64,000 nt of DNA from Aplysia californica (taxonomy: Eukaryota), in assembly GCF_000002075.1 (NCBI RefSeq), contig NW_004798155.1, forward strand, positions 124,290 through 188,289, read 5' to 3'. How positions within the stretch are numbered: the stretch's first letter is position 1; the number at the start of each line of letters is the position of its first letter. Shown here piece after piece: positions 46,101 to 64,000 of the stretch. The translations under genes and the position numbers were made by a program. The notes below the pieces were generated by a model, which saw only the letters and a list, made by a program, of their open reading frames with translations, had not been told where the DNA came from and searched no databases.

Positions 46101-49017
46101 ATAGGTACAGTCTTAACCAAGTAACGATGATAGGTATAGATTGAAAGGAAAGCCAGTGACGAGACCGTTTTGGTGGTGTGATATATATATATAAATAAGG
46201 GAAGAGGAGGGAACCCAAAACTGGAATTTCACAGGGGGGAGTGGAAGTGAAAGTTTGGAACAAGCAGACGGGTGTCCAACGGACAACAGCAAACAATACA
46301 TCACATCATGGGAAACAGATTCTTACACAGTCTTCTACTAATTTTAGCTGTCTTCACTAGATGTAGTAATACTATAAAACAAAATGTACTAATAATGTGG
46401 TTTAAGAATAAAAGAAGCACTTTTCAAAAGTATTAAAATTGTGTGTTAAAAACACAACATCCTACGTTTTGTTATTGAATTAATACTACACAATTGCAAA
46501 AAAATAATTGAAGGAGAAGACGAAGAATCATTGAATTCTGACAGTTTTTAATACCGTATACCAATATAGAATAACATGTCAAGTATATATGTACAAAGTG
46601 CTACAGCCATGTCAAAAAAGTCAACAGCAACTATGAATGATCAGTGCTGGATTTTTAAAAATCAGACTGACACCATAAAAGCCATTCTTTTAGCATCTAA
46701 CTTTTGCAAATTTCATGAGTGGAAAACCTCTCTGGAAAACTATGCTGCACACAAGAAAAACAAACAAAACATTATGATGAACAGTTCTAGAAGGTGTAAC
46801 ACTAACAAACATTTAAATGCTCGTGAAAGTTGAAAGTCCTTTTTGATGTTTTGCAAAACACAAACTTTTTTTCCCCCCGTTTAACAGAAGGCAGACACAA
46901 CTCCTCAATTCATAACAAGAAAATTCAGAACACGCCGAAGAGCTGACAAATTGGTGGTTCCGGTACAGATATTGTGAGATGTGCACACTTATGCAAATAT
47001 TGAACAACCCTGGCAGTCTAGCTAACAATGATACATATACATGTATTTTGATTCTCAGGTGAGCAGTGCAACTCGGCTAAACATTCACAAAACAGTAACA
47101 CTTAAAGTTGAGGGATTGCGTGTGGGAACAAAGCGGCAGCAGAAACTACACAAACACCGATGAGTCATGAGTCACAAACATTGCTGCTTTAGCTGCAATT
47201 CGCTCATGAGGAGAATCAGAAACTATGAACGGTGGGAGTCTGAATAAAAATTGGAAGGGTGTCAATTAAACCATTTCAATTTTACTTGTGCCATCACGTC
47301 TGGTTATTTTAACTTTCAGTAGTGTTTATGTTGGACTTTGGGAACGTCTACTGATTTTAGCAAACGACTTACTGAACTCTTCAAGGTGTCCAATCAAATT
47401 TCAAACCTCCATTCAGTGGAAAGAATCTAAAAAAAAAAAGCAACCTCTGTTTCATCTGATGAGTGAAACCTTAGAAATTTTACAACAGAACTTTCAAGAA
47501 ACTGGTGAAGTGTAAAATTAAATATGCACTACCATGGGTAAAATTAGAAGCCTACAAAATAAAATGTGTCAACATACAACTACATAAATAGTGGAAATAA
47601 AAATACAAAGCTTATCTAAAATGAACTCTTCAATAAATTGAGCATCTAAAACTTCGGTTAACATCAACACTGAGTAAGTACTACAGTAAGCGATTTGTAA
47701 CAAGTAGAATATATATTTGACATTCACACACACACGTATGCACCTAAACAGAAAACAAAAAAGAAGAAGCAGATGAAAGGAGACAGAAATGTTCTTGAGA
47801 GTTGTACATCAAACTGTAAAGCAATAATATTTTGGAGCATGGGCTTTTTAAAAATCTGAACATATGTTACCAACATCAAGGACTAATAATTTACTGATTA
47901 AAAACTAAAACTTACTTTGGAACCATTCTCCCAATGAATTAAATTCCCTCTTTCGAAATGTAAAAATAAAAGTCCAAATAAAAAAACCAGCAATGATAAC
48001 AACAACAAAACAACATCATCAGCGAACAGAGCAACTATCACCATTATCATCACCTTTACCATAGAGACAGAAGTGTTGTAGTAGGAATGACAGCAGAAGC
48101 CCAGAAGGTAAAAGAAGAAAGATCAAAAGACAAAAACTATAATTGTTCAGCAAAATATATAGAACCATACTCATTCAATCATCTGCACACAAATATCACA
48201 AGAACAGAAATGTGCACTGGAATGCAATTCTTTCTTGGGGGTAGGAAGGGGAGGAATGTTAAAATGGAGGAGAGGGGGGTTGGAGGGGGGGGGGTTACCC
48301 TTGAAATTGAGCAGAATTGAGAGAGACATATTATGTGTCGCAATGAGGTGGAATCAGGCACTCGCCAATTTTTGGGCCTGTGGGGTTATTGGTATCATCT
48401 TAAAGCCTGTTCATTTGCCTTAGCTTCGATGAAAAAAATATCCATCTGTGTTGAATAGAAGTCGAAACATTTGCAATTGAAGGAGGTCAGGGTCGCCAGG
48501 TTTGAGAGGTGAAATTAGCGAGAAAATGGCCGCCAGAATATAGTAATTTCCATAGCTTGAGAGTACTTAGAAACTGAAAATTGACATTTTTTGTGCGTTT
48601 AATCAATGTTAAATCCACACAGAAATGTGTTTTAATGGATTATAAGGTGTTGAGCACCCCACCCCTCATGCCAACTTCTTTGATTTCACTATTTTGACGA
48701 GCGCCCGATTTCATCACGATGCCTCACATAAGCTTAAATTGGGTCTATCCGAGTTACCAACATGCAAAACTCAGTGTGCTGACAGGGAGATATGAAGCAG
48801 CATGCATGCATGACAAGCAGGCAACTTATCCCAGTTCCGTGTTACAACTCGACTTACAATCAAAGACAAATCCATTTATTCCCATACTAGATGTATATTT
48901 ACAAAGCTTCATCATGTATCCAACAAGTCATTTCTAAACTGGATCAGTCTTTTGCAAACAAACAAAAATTTGAAAAAAGAAAATACGATCACAGAGAAGT
49001 AGATGAGGTGAACACTA

Positions 49018-54819
<5,802 letters not shown>

Positions 54820-55335
54820 GATGAAATGTCCCGCGTCTGCTGAAGCCTGAAATGAACGCCACAAAAGTGTAGAGCTTGCAAAAGAATGGCGATTGCTAAA
54901 TCATGCTACGCAATTTTCAGTGTAGTAAGTTGTTTTACCAAAGGTTGACTGTTCAGCTGCCAAACCACAAACAATCCTGATATACTGAAATATATTATTG
55001 CATATCCTCATCACTAAAGAAATAATTACCTTCGTTAAGCTGCTGCAATAGTGAACTATTTACCGGGAACAAGTCTAATCCTGGTTCCAAAATATCGATC
55101 TCGCGTGGCCCGCAATCGATGTTTTGAGCAATGTTACCTAGCAACGATGGGGAGCATTCCTTGTTTGTAGTGCACCACACGATGGTTTAAGTCAGTGGTT
55201 TTCACTGTAGCAGTAGATAATCTCCTATTTACTGTGCATTATTTCCACTTGTATTCAGTTACACAGATATATGATGTCAAGAGACAAAAGTTCTCTCTAT
55301 GTTCATGCAAATCATAAGAGTCAATGGTATGTTAT

Positions 55336-55690
55336 GGAAGAGGCTAGCCGTACTTAATGACGGCTAGACTCGTAGTCTAGCCGTACTTATTCTTAATATG
55401 ATGGCTAGATTGACCATTTACAAAAAATAGGCCTACTGAATTGTAAATATAATAATATACATTTTTAGTGTACAGTACCTAAAGTATTTGTATTTGAGAC
55501 GAAACCAGGTGCCTTAATGACAGTGCATGTATTTTAAACCTCCTGTTTTCTAATGTAAATAGGGCCTAAGATAAGTACGGCTAGATAGGGCCAAACCTAG
55601 ATCTAAGTACGGCTAGACTGGCAGTCTAGCCGTACTTAAGTACGGCTAGACTCTCAGTCTAGCCGTACTTAAGTACGGCTAGCCACTTCG
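55336..55690. mobile_element. 355-bp Mutator-like MITE, type 4 (TAGCCGTACTTAAGTACGGCTA palindromes), 9-bp TSD
   Basis: TSD GTATGTTAT at 55327-55335 and 55691-55699; termini GGAAGAGGCTAGCC / GGCTAGCCACTTCG. Confidence 0.85.
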
Positions 55691-56110
55691 GTATGTTATT
55701 GGTTGGAATACTGAAATCGCTGGGCAAAACAAAAACAATAATGAGTTCAAAGGGAAACAATACCGAAAAAAAAATAACATTCACGAGGTGGGTGTGTCTG
55801 GGGTAACGTATTTGTTGTATCTCAAGGAGGGGAGGGGGAGGAAGGCTGGAACATCTTGATGTTCGATCACGTTGCTGTAGCTAGCTGCTCAGGTACTGAA
55901 GAGCTACTCCGCATGTATGGAGATTTGTTACAACCACGGGAAGGGACATAACCAAATAGTTTGCCTTAGCACGGTAGTGCCGACTTAATGTCCTTTATTA
56001 TGCCGCCGGTTCCATCACATTCAACATGATTCTAGATTCTTAATTAATTCTTAAGTGGCCTTCGCTTGATTTGCACGCGTGCCTCTTGATGTGTATGTTT
56101 GTGTCTGTAT

Positions 56111-56244
56111 NNNNNNNNNNNNNNNNNNNNNNNNNNNNNNNNNNNNNNNNNNNNNNNNNNNNNNNNNNNNNNNNNNNNNNNNNNNNNNNNNNNNNNNNNN
56201 NNNNNNNNNNNNNNNNNNNNNNNNNNNNNNNNNNNNNNNNNNNN
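56111..56244. other. Assembly gap
   Basis: 134 Ns. Confidence 1.
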
Positions 56245-56870
56245 CGAAGTGGATGGGGATTAGTTGCATTCGCCAACAATAAAATCATCCACAGAGCATC
56301 TGGAGCCTGCAGCAGGGCTACATTAAGTATGGGAATGGAAATTGAAGCCATCACGAAAGCGCTTGAATGAATAATTACTCAGCATCGCCCCCACTAAACG
56401 AATTCATCATAGATTCCACAATGTGTGCCCTCAGAAAAATCAAAAAAGGTTTCCAGAGATCAGAATGGATTCAACAGATCGAAGCAACGCCAATAAGATC
56501 GCTCACGTGGATTTTCTGCCTTGGCCATGCAGGCGTTTAAAAGGAAATGAAAAAGCCGACAGACTGGCTGGTAGGGCCACCTCAGAAGACAGCATGGTTC
56601 AACCAGACAAGGTCGAGATCCTGAAATTCTCTCGCCACCTAATTGGAGAGGCAGAGGCCAGTACTGCTGTGGAGAGAATGATGGCCTTGGGAATACAAAA
56701 AGGAAGCGGGAAATCTAGCACCTTGCACTTGCAGGAAAGAACAGAAGAGCGTTCAACCAGATATATGCACTGGCACAATAAGTAGAAAGACCCTCAGAGG
56801 CATTTTGGAGAGAGCAAACGGAGCATCTACGGACATGTCCGGAACCCAGGGATGTTGCTTCCTGAATCAA
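56245..56870 (+). pseudogene. Decayed RNase H region of a non-LTR retrotransposon
   Basis: RSGWGLVA...SMGMEIEAITKALE* ... TWIFCLGHAGV/KGNEKADRLAG (RNase H WxxxxGHxGxxGNExAD motif) with stop and frameshifts. Confidence 0.8.
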
Positions 56871-58335
56871 TTAACAATCCCCCCCCCTCTCTCTCTCTCT
56901 CTCTCTCTGTGTATCTCGTTCTCTTTTCGTCTCTTACTCTCTTCGACTATCAAAGCACCCCGGAAATAACAGTTCACAAGAGTGACAAACATACAAAACA
57001 AGTAGAGGAAAAATGACGATAATAAGGATGAGGAAAGAAAAAGCAGTTCCCCCTTTGTTGTTCCGGCACAGTGTGGGCAGACATTGATAAATCAGCCCAT
57101 TTACAATTTTACTGTGCATAGGAACATTATTAATATCCCCCTTTGGGAATGGCCCAAAGACAGTAGATGTTTTTACGTCCCCATTGACAAAATTTATCTC
57201 ATTCAGAAAAAATGTTTCTGACCCTGTCCCAGGCTAGGATGAATACAACATCCCAGTAGAAAGACCGAATAAATACTCAATAAAAATTCTCCTAATTCGG
57301 GAATCAAACTTTGTCTTCTGTGTGCAACAGTGAAGCACCTAACCGCTACACTACAGATACCAATAGAAATAGAAAACTCTCCACACACTTGGACATAAAC
57401 TGCCACCCCAAAAAAAATTCAACAAGAACAAATGCGAACTGAGTTTTGATTTTTATTTATTCAATATAACATAAAAATCGACAGGCAAGGGGAGGGGAAC
57501 TTTCAGAGAGACACTTCAAAGGCTTAATACATCCAGCATCAAGGATATACAGTTTAAAAAGAAGAAAGCAAAAAGTAAAAACATACGGAACAAAAAAAGA
57601 GAAAGAATAATCGTTAGTATGTGCACATCGCAGAAAAGAATCTTAGAACAACTCTAATTCCAGCGACCTTCTGTTTCAGTTCATCGACATCAATCGGTGA
57701 AACTGACAAACAACCGGTATCTTTGTTTTGTTTCTTTTGAGTAAAAGCCTGGGTTCTCAGCAGCCTCACGGTCATCATGGACAGAGAAATACGCAACATC
57801 CATACAGTGTAGAGGAAATTCTGATATTTCAATGGCACCAGTGAGCACATAACAAAAGTCATTTACCAACTAAAATGTACTGCACTTTTTTTTTTAAGTG
57901 TCCAAAATTTATTTTTTTAATGTATGTGTTTTCAAATCCCCATTGAGACAACAATTTATTTAGATCATTTAGGATGCAGACCGGGAGGGATACAACATCC
58001 CAGCAGAAGGACCGAGATACTTGATAAAAAATTCACTCCATTCTGAAATTGAACTTGGGTCTCCTGCATGCAGTAGAGAAGCACCTATCTGCTACACCAT
58101 AGACGCTGGTGGGCAGCGAGTAATTTATCAATGAGAACCCAACGACCCAGAATACAAAATACTAACTTCTCTACCTTTCTCAGGACTTGGTGTGGTTTAC
58201 AAAACAAGCCCCACCATTCCACCATGACTTCCTCCATTGCCCTGCAAGCTCGTGTAAATCATTGAAAGAAGTATACATGACAAACAACAATAAAAAGAAA
58301 GCGTCAGCATCAACATGTACAGTAGAATCATCGTC

Positions 58336-58374
<39 letters not shown>

Positions 58375-60913
58375 TGACATAAAGTTTGAGAAGCATGCAA
58401 ATAGAGCGGACTTGCCATGATGAGCAAATAATAAAACACTGTAGTAGACAGTAAGCCTGGCTAAAAATGTCGCCGTCGCCTGGCACGACCAGCTTCGGAC
58501 AACGTCCACAGCAACACTAGGGGAGGCCCCGCCCAGGTGTCCGGAACAACACCGCCACATACAAACAAACAAACCTACAGGCGGTCACACAGTCACAGAG
58601 GGAAAAGTAAAGGTCAAGTAGATCCCCCCCCAAGTCTTTATTTTAAGAAAGAGTTTTACATTACTGTACTTGCAACACAGTTAGGTCATAGAGGCGCCAC
58701 AGACTGGAGGTGTTACAAGAGTCTAACAAACACAAAAAAGAAGAAGAGATAAGGACGATAGATGTTTGAAAGGAAAGAAGGAGCAAACTATACCAGACCA
58801 CCCACCAATTACCCACAAAATTCTTTCTGTATCACGACGATCACAGCACGACCGGAAGGTCACCCTGGATGTCGCATACTAGGTCAAGCACTTCGAGCTG
58901 GGGGGAGCTACACTTTACTTTTATCGACACAGAAACAAAAGGGAAGAAAGCTCATGATTAGAAATGGCATTATCCCTGTCCATAAATCTCAGTGAGTGGA
59001 ATGAAAAAACACATGATGACAAAAGTACATTATTAGTAAATGTATTAGTACAATACTGGAAAACTGGGTGTTTCTTCGCAAGCATCTAGTTTCTCTGAAC
59101 AGTGAGTAAAGTAAAAGTATTTTTCAGTGAACCTTCCCCTTCAAAATCAGTTCATGAAAAATTCCATAAAGCTTCCAAGGAACATTTGAGGTATCATACA
59201 TTTTTGTGATGGAAAAAACCAAGGTCTTTCCTTTAAAATAAAACACAGAAATCACCAAACAATCAAAGTGTATCATTTTGACAACATTTTTCAATCATCA
59301 GAAGGCTAGTGGAGACACAATATCTGCACACAAAAAACCCCAACAGATGTTTCTTAAACCTAAGGAAAAATCCTGCGACTTTCATCAATGCATACATATG
59401 TGTAATATACGCAATGCCTCTCGTTCCAGTTGAAATATTTGTAGGCCTACAACTATACTAAGTCTATTTAACTATTTTAACACACAAAAACTGAAAAGGA
59501 AATTTTCATGTAAAAAGAGACATGCAATCCAGTATTTAGGAATTCACATTCAACCATACAGAAGTTTTGAGAGGTTCCGACAAAATGAGATACTTCTCTC
59601 AATATATGCAAATGGGGATCAGATATTGGTCGAAAATTGAAAAAAGGGTCTAATTCGTTGATTTTTCAACTGATGGCGTTTTCTTCAAATTCAACATGTC
59701 TTTCAGCATTCCATAAAAACATTCTTTACAAACTCAGCCTTTGAATTTGGCTTATCTATGTCCATAGGGATAAAAGCTAAAAAGTACCTCAGTCTGTCAG
59801 CATACTCCACAATTAATGAATTATATTTTTCAATTGCACAAAAGTAGTTTTCGACATAGATATGCTTTCAAGGGAAAATGAAGAGAAGCACTTTTCCATA
59901 TAAGCCAGAACAGCAACAAAATCCATGTGGTCAAAAGTGGCACCTTTTACTCTATAAAACGCAGTTTGAGTTTGAGTAAAGAAAAGCACATCGACACAAT
60001 ACGATCGCCCGGTGAAGGAAGAAGCAAGACAGACAGACAGACAGGAACAACAGAGGGAAAGAAAAGACGAAGCACTCATCAAAGATGCCAATCAATTTAA
60101 AACAACCTATTGACAGCATTTTCTTCGAAGTCACAGAAGAACATCCACTCGAAACCCAACAAGAAATCTGTCAAGAGCTTTAACTCATCATCAAGGCTTG
60201 AACAAATTATGGAATAGAGTTCTCATGTTCTGCTTTAGGTGAAAGGAATAAAAATCTACCCCCAAAAAAGGAAAGGAACAGAGGATTTGGATCATCAGTG
60301 AGTACAAAAACACAGTAGGGGCCTACCGGGTACAAAAACATAGTAATGGGCACTCTCTGATTACAACAATAGTACAAGTCAGTGAAACAAACACAGGCGA
60401 GGGATCGGTGCTTCGAAATAAAACATTGTTTTGGTTTATATATCCACCTCCACTTTCTTCATTTCTCTAAAAACTCCTACAGCTTTTTTCTGCCAGGGAG
60501 AAAAATAAAGTCATTTTCAACAAACACATCTCTCTATACACCTAGTGGAAACTTCTTTATCAGCAATTGGAATTGTTCACTCAACAAGCAAACCTAACAA
60601 GCAAACCTAACAAGCAAACAGGATCTGGATTTTAAAAAAATATTTTAAAATACTTTCCCTGATGAGAACTGAACCCATGTCTACTGTGTACCCTGTATAC
60701 TTCACTGAGATCAGACAGCCAGGTGTTGGTTGAGTAAAGAAATGCACATCCACATAATAACAGTTTTTACTGCTACGGGGAAAGTCAGACAGAAATAATA
60801 GAGGGGACGAAAAGAAGTAGGATCTTCCATAAGTCCCCTCCAATCATCCGCATTTCAGGCCCAGGACACGGGGTAGACACATAGGCCACAGTTTTCAGTC
60901 TCAAGAACTGACA

Positions 60914-61205
60914 TAGATACCTAGACACTATAAGTTTATAACTGTCACTTAGTGGAGGGAAGTAGATACCTAGACACTATAAGTTTATAACTGTCATTTA
61001 GTGGAGGGGAGTGGATACCTAGACACTATAAGTTTATAACTGTAAATTAGCAGAGGGGAGATATACATAGACACTATAAGTTTATAACTGTCAATTAGTG
61101 CAGGGGACTAGATACCTGGACACAATAAGTTCATAACTCTCACTTAGTGCAGGGTACTAGATACCTGGACACTATAAGTTTATAACTGTCACTTAGCAGA
61201 GGGGA
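60914..61205. repeat. About 48-49-bp minisatellite x6
   Basis: TAGATACCTAGACACTATAAGTTTATAACTGTCACTTAGTGGAGGG units. Confidence 0.92.
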
Positions 61206-62599
61206 GAAACTACCACAGACATGCAGAAACTACAGGGAGTGAGTGGAACACAAAAAAAGTAGGACCTACCAGTGGCACCCTCCAACCACCCACACATTTT
61301 TGTCACTGGATAGGCTCACTGCTAAGCATTTTATCAATATTGCTGACTGCATGAATATATTGCACATCAAAAACAATATGAAAGAAGGCAGTTTCTATCT
61401 CTAACATTCTACAGTCTTGCATGCACATAGCCAAACACACACACATAGAGAAAAGATATTCAGGTCCAGAATTTTTTCTATACACGATGTGTATCTAAAA
61501 CACACACGTACAGAGTGGAATTCGTACGAAACAAAGCAAAAGGACTTCCGTGCCTCGCCGATTTCATTATGTGCTGGGTGGACTGTAATCTACACAACTG
61601 ATTCTGTACCCAAATGAAAAGGGGGGAAAAAAAAGAAAAGAATGACCAGTTTAAATGTTTCCTTTGTGATATTTTCAGTCTGTCAAATACAGCTTCTTGA
61701 TTTGTCCTCAACTGTGCACTCTATGAAAGGGACAAGAGTCTCACGCAACATCGGTCATGTAAATACTTGTCTATGGCATTGCGCAATCACTGTCAGAATA
61801 ACAATGGCAAATCTGAGGTTGCTGATTTTCCCATAAAAACCAAAAGTTAAAAATTTCAGGAACGCCTGCCGTAGAATTAGTTGATGTCCCTGTCCCTACA
61901 TTATAAATGTGTTGCAACATGGAGGAATCAGGCGTTCATTAATCTTCAGGGATATTTGGACTTTTTGGTATCAACTTCAGTTTTGAACAGAAGTCAAGCA
62001 ATTGAAGGAGGTGGGGGTCACCTGGTAGCAGAGGTAAAATTAGCCAGAATATGGCCACCAAAGTTAAGTGACTTCCCAGCTTGAGAGACCTTGAAAACTG
62101 CAAATTTTCTTTTTTTGTGTCTTTGATCAACATTTTTCAGTAAAATTCACGCAGAAATGCGTTCTTAAATGAACATACAGGTGCTGAGTCTTAAAAGAAA
62201 TATCATCCAAAATTGCCAGACGGGTGAGAAAATATCAGTTTTTTCGACCTCATTATTTTGAGAAGTGCTTGATTCCTACACATACATCCAAACACACGCT
62301 ACAGTGGTGGAGGCAACATCTGGCCAGCAGGAACAAGACGGCAGACCAGTCGATCATCCACGTGGACCCTGTCTGAACAATCTCGGCTACTAGTTACATT
62401 TGAGGAAAAAATCATGGCTATACAACGGCAAACGATTTTTTCACAGGCAGTTTTCTTTGAACATGGAATATATGCAAGAACACACACAGCAACAAAGCCA
62501 TACACAAAACAATAGCATTGATCTCCAAATGTCAAGCCCCCCTGAATTCCTCCAGCATCCTTTCTTCCACTGTCAATGAAAGAACAACATTCTCATCAT

Positions 62600-62740
62600 A
62601 AGTCTGAGTTTTGAGTATAGAGAAGCACATCAGCACAATAACAGTGATAGAGTGCAGGGAAGAAGCAAGACAGATACACCAGAAACATCAGAGGGGAAAG
62701 AACAGAAGTAGGACCTACCAGTGGTGCCCTCCCACCACCT
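62600..62740 (-). mobile_element. SINE-like repeat family C (head similar to family A, ACTCAA-type tail; representative copy)
   Basis: GGTGG...GAGGGCRCCACTGGTAGGTCCT...GATGTGCTTCTCTWTACTCAAA; related copies near 25630-25808 (+), 28940-29145 (+), 59960-60080 (-), 60725-60845 (-). Confidence 0.6.
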
Positions 62741-63606
62741 GAACATTCTCACAATTCATGAAGCTAATTCCCCAGAAGGTCACACATCCACTGGTACAAA
62801 TGGCACTCTTTACCTTCACAACAGACACAGGTATCTTTTGACAAAGATTGAGTAATCTATTTGACAGATAACAGAATATTTTTTTGTGTTTTTTGTTGCT
62901 TTCTAAAATTTTTTTTAGATCAATACTCATTCCATATTTCAAGGAAATAATTTCACAGCTCCATCTGAGCACTAGGCTAGGAGAAAGTCCGGGATCTTCC
63001 AAAAATAACAGGAACCCCCCCCCCCCCCCTTTAATCCAAAAATAAATATTGGCCTTCCCCATCAACATTAGAAAGAGTCATTTCTGAATGGCCCACAATG
63101 CCACAGCAACCCGTAAAAAGTTAGACAGGACAAATCATTTCTTTTAAAAATAAATCTAGGAATTTTTACACCCCCATTAATATAATTTAGATCATTTAGA
63201 AGGCAGACTTCTGACCTTGCCTGTCCGAGCCAACCCGGGCTAAGAGGGAGACAAGATCCCAGCAGAAAGACCGAGATATTCTATAAAAATTTTCTCCCCC
63301 CCCCCCCTCCCCTCTTAGCAGTACAATACTGTTTTGTGGTCAAGGCCTCTGTGTGGAGCAAACCAACCCTAGCAATGTTGTATGCTCAATTAATCACAAG
63401 GTTGGAATTTCACTTCGAGTTTTAATAAAGTGAAACGCATCAATGCAACAAGTGTCATTAGGTGCACGGAAAACCAAGACACAAACGAAACACAAGCAAA
63501 GAAGCAGGACCTACCAGTGGCGCCCTCCGACCAACTGCAAGATAAAGGGCCATACAGACAGAAACAAGAGAAGGAAAGAAAAGAAGTGGGATGTATCAGA
63601 GGCACC

Positions 63607-63706
63607 NNNNNNNNNNNNNNNNNNNNNNNNNNNNNNNNNNNNNNNNNNNNNNNNNNNNNNNNNNNNNNNNNNNNNNNNNNNNNNNNNNNNNNNNNNNNNN
63701 NNNNNN
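63607..63706. other. Assembly gap
   Basis: 100 Ns. Confidence 1.
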
Positions 63707-64000
63707 TCGTTATCAGTCAGATTCAGACTTGAAAGAAAAAAGTGCACAAAATACACAGTCCGACAACCCACAGCGACAAAAGTTACGCGTGTGCACACAC
63801 AGAGACAGAATATGTTTATATATATAGCATATATACAATATGTTCTACATGTTTGACACTGTTCCACTGAAAAAAAGACCCTGACTTAATACTCACACTG
63901 TAATTCAGTTTAGTTTTAGTGAGAGTTTTACGGCACTTGCAACACAGTTAGGTCATATAAGTGCCAAAGATTAGAGGCATTACTAAAAAGAAACAAACAA

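Noticed and set aside
58180-58572. ORFs with poly-Tyr or poly-Ile
   Set aside because: Translation of an (ATA)n microsatellite
58460-58574. GC-richer segment after a minus-strand acceptor (and similar at about 62300-62370) as exons of a fourth gene
   Set aside because: No recognisable protein in any frame and no convincing joined model; needs RNA-seq

Overview
Intron-rich, AT-rich animal genomic DNA (invertebrate; a mollusc is my guess only) with three assembly gaps. I reconstructed three spliced genes by hand; all introns are GT-AG with consistent phases. (1) HAUS3 (augmin subunit 3) lies on the minus strand, with 7 coding exons visible before it runs off the left edge. (2) A very large CENP-C/Mif2 gene lies on the plus strand (19 coding exons, at least about 1,745 aa), head-to-head with HAUS3. 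(3) A calcyphosin-like EF-hand gene (CAPSL) lies on the minus strand. Main oddities: the CENP-C motif has lost its hallmark P-L-x-Y-W (it reads R-L-S-A-H). The Mif2-like N-terminal two-exon module of CENP-C is duplicated. CAPSL has two intact, anciently duplicated alternative last exons. Five Mutator-like non-autonomous elements of four types cluster near gene 5' ends and share one palindrome architecture (TAnnCnnAC-N4/5-GTnnGnnTA) with type-specific symmetric changes. The rest is SINE-like repeats with strong orientation bias, hAT/Tc1/piggyBac-type elements, LINE fragments and minisatellites. Gene and family identities rest on remembered protein motifs, not database searches.
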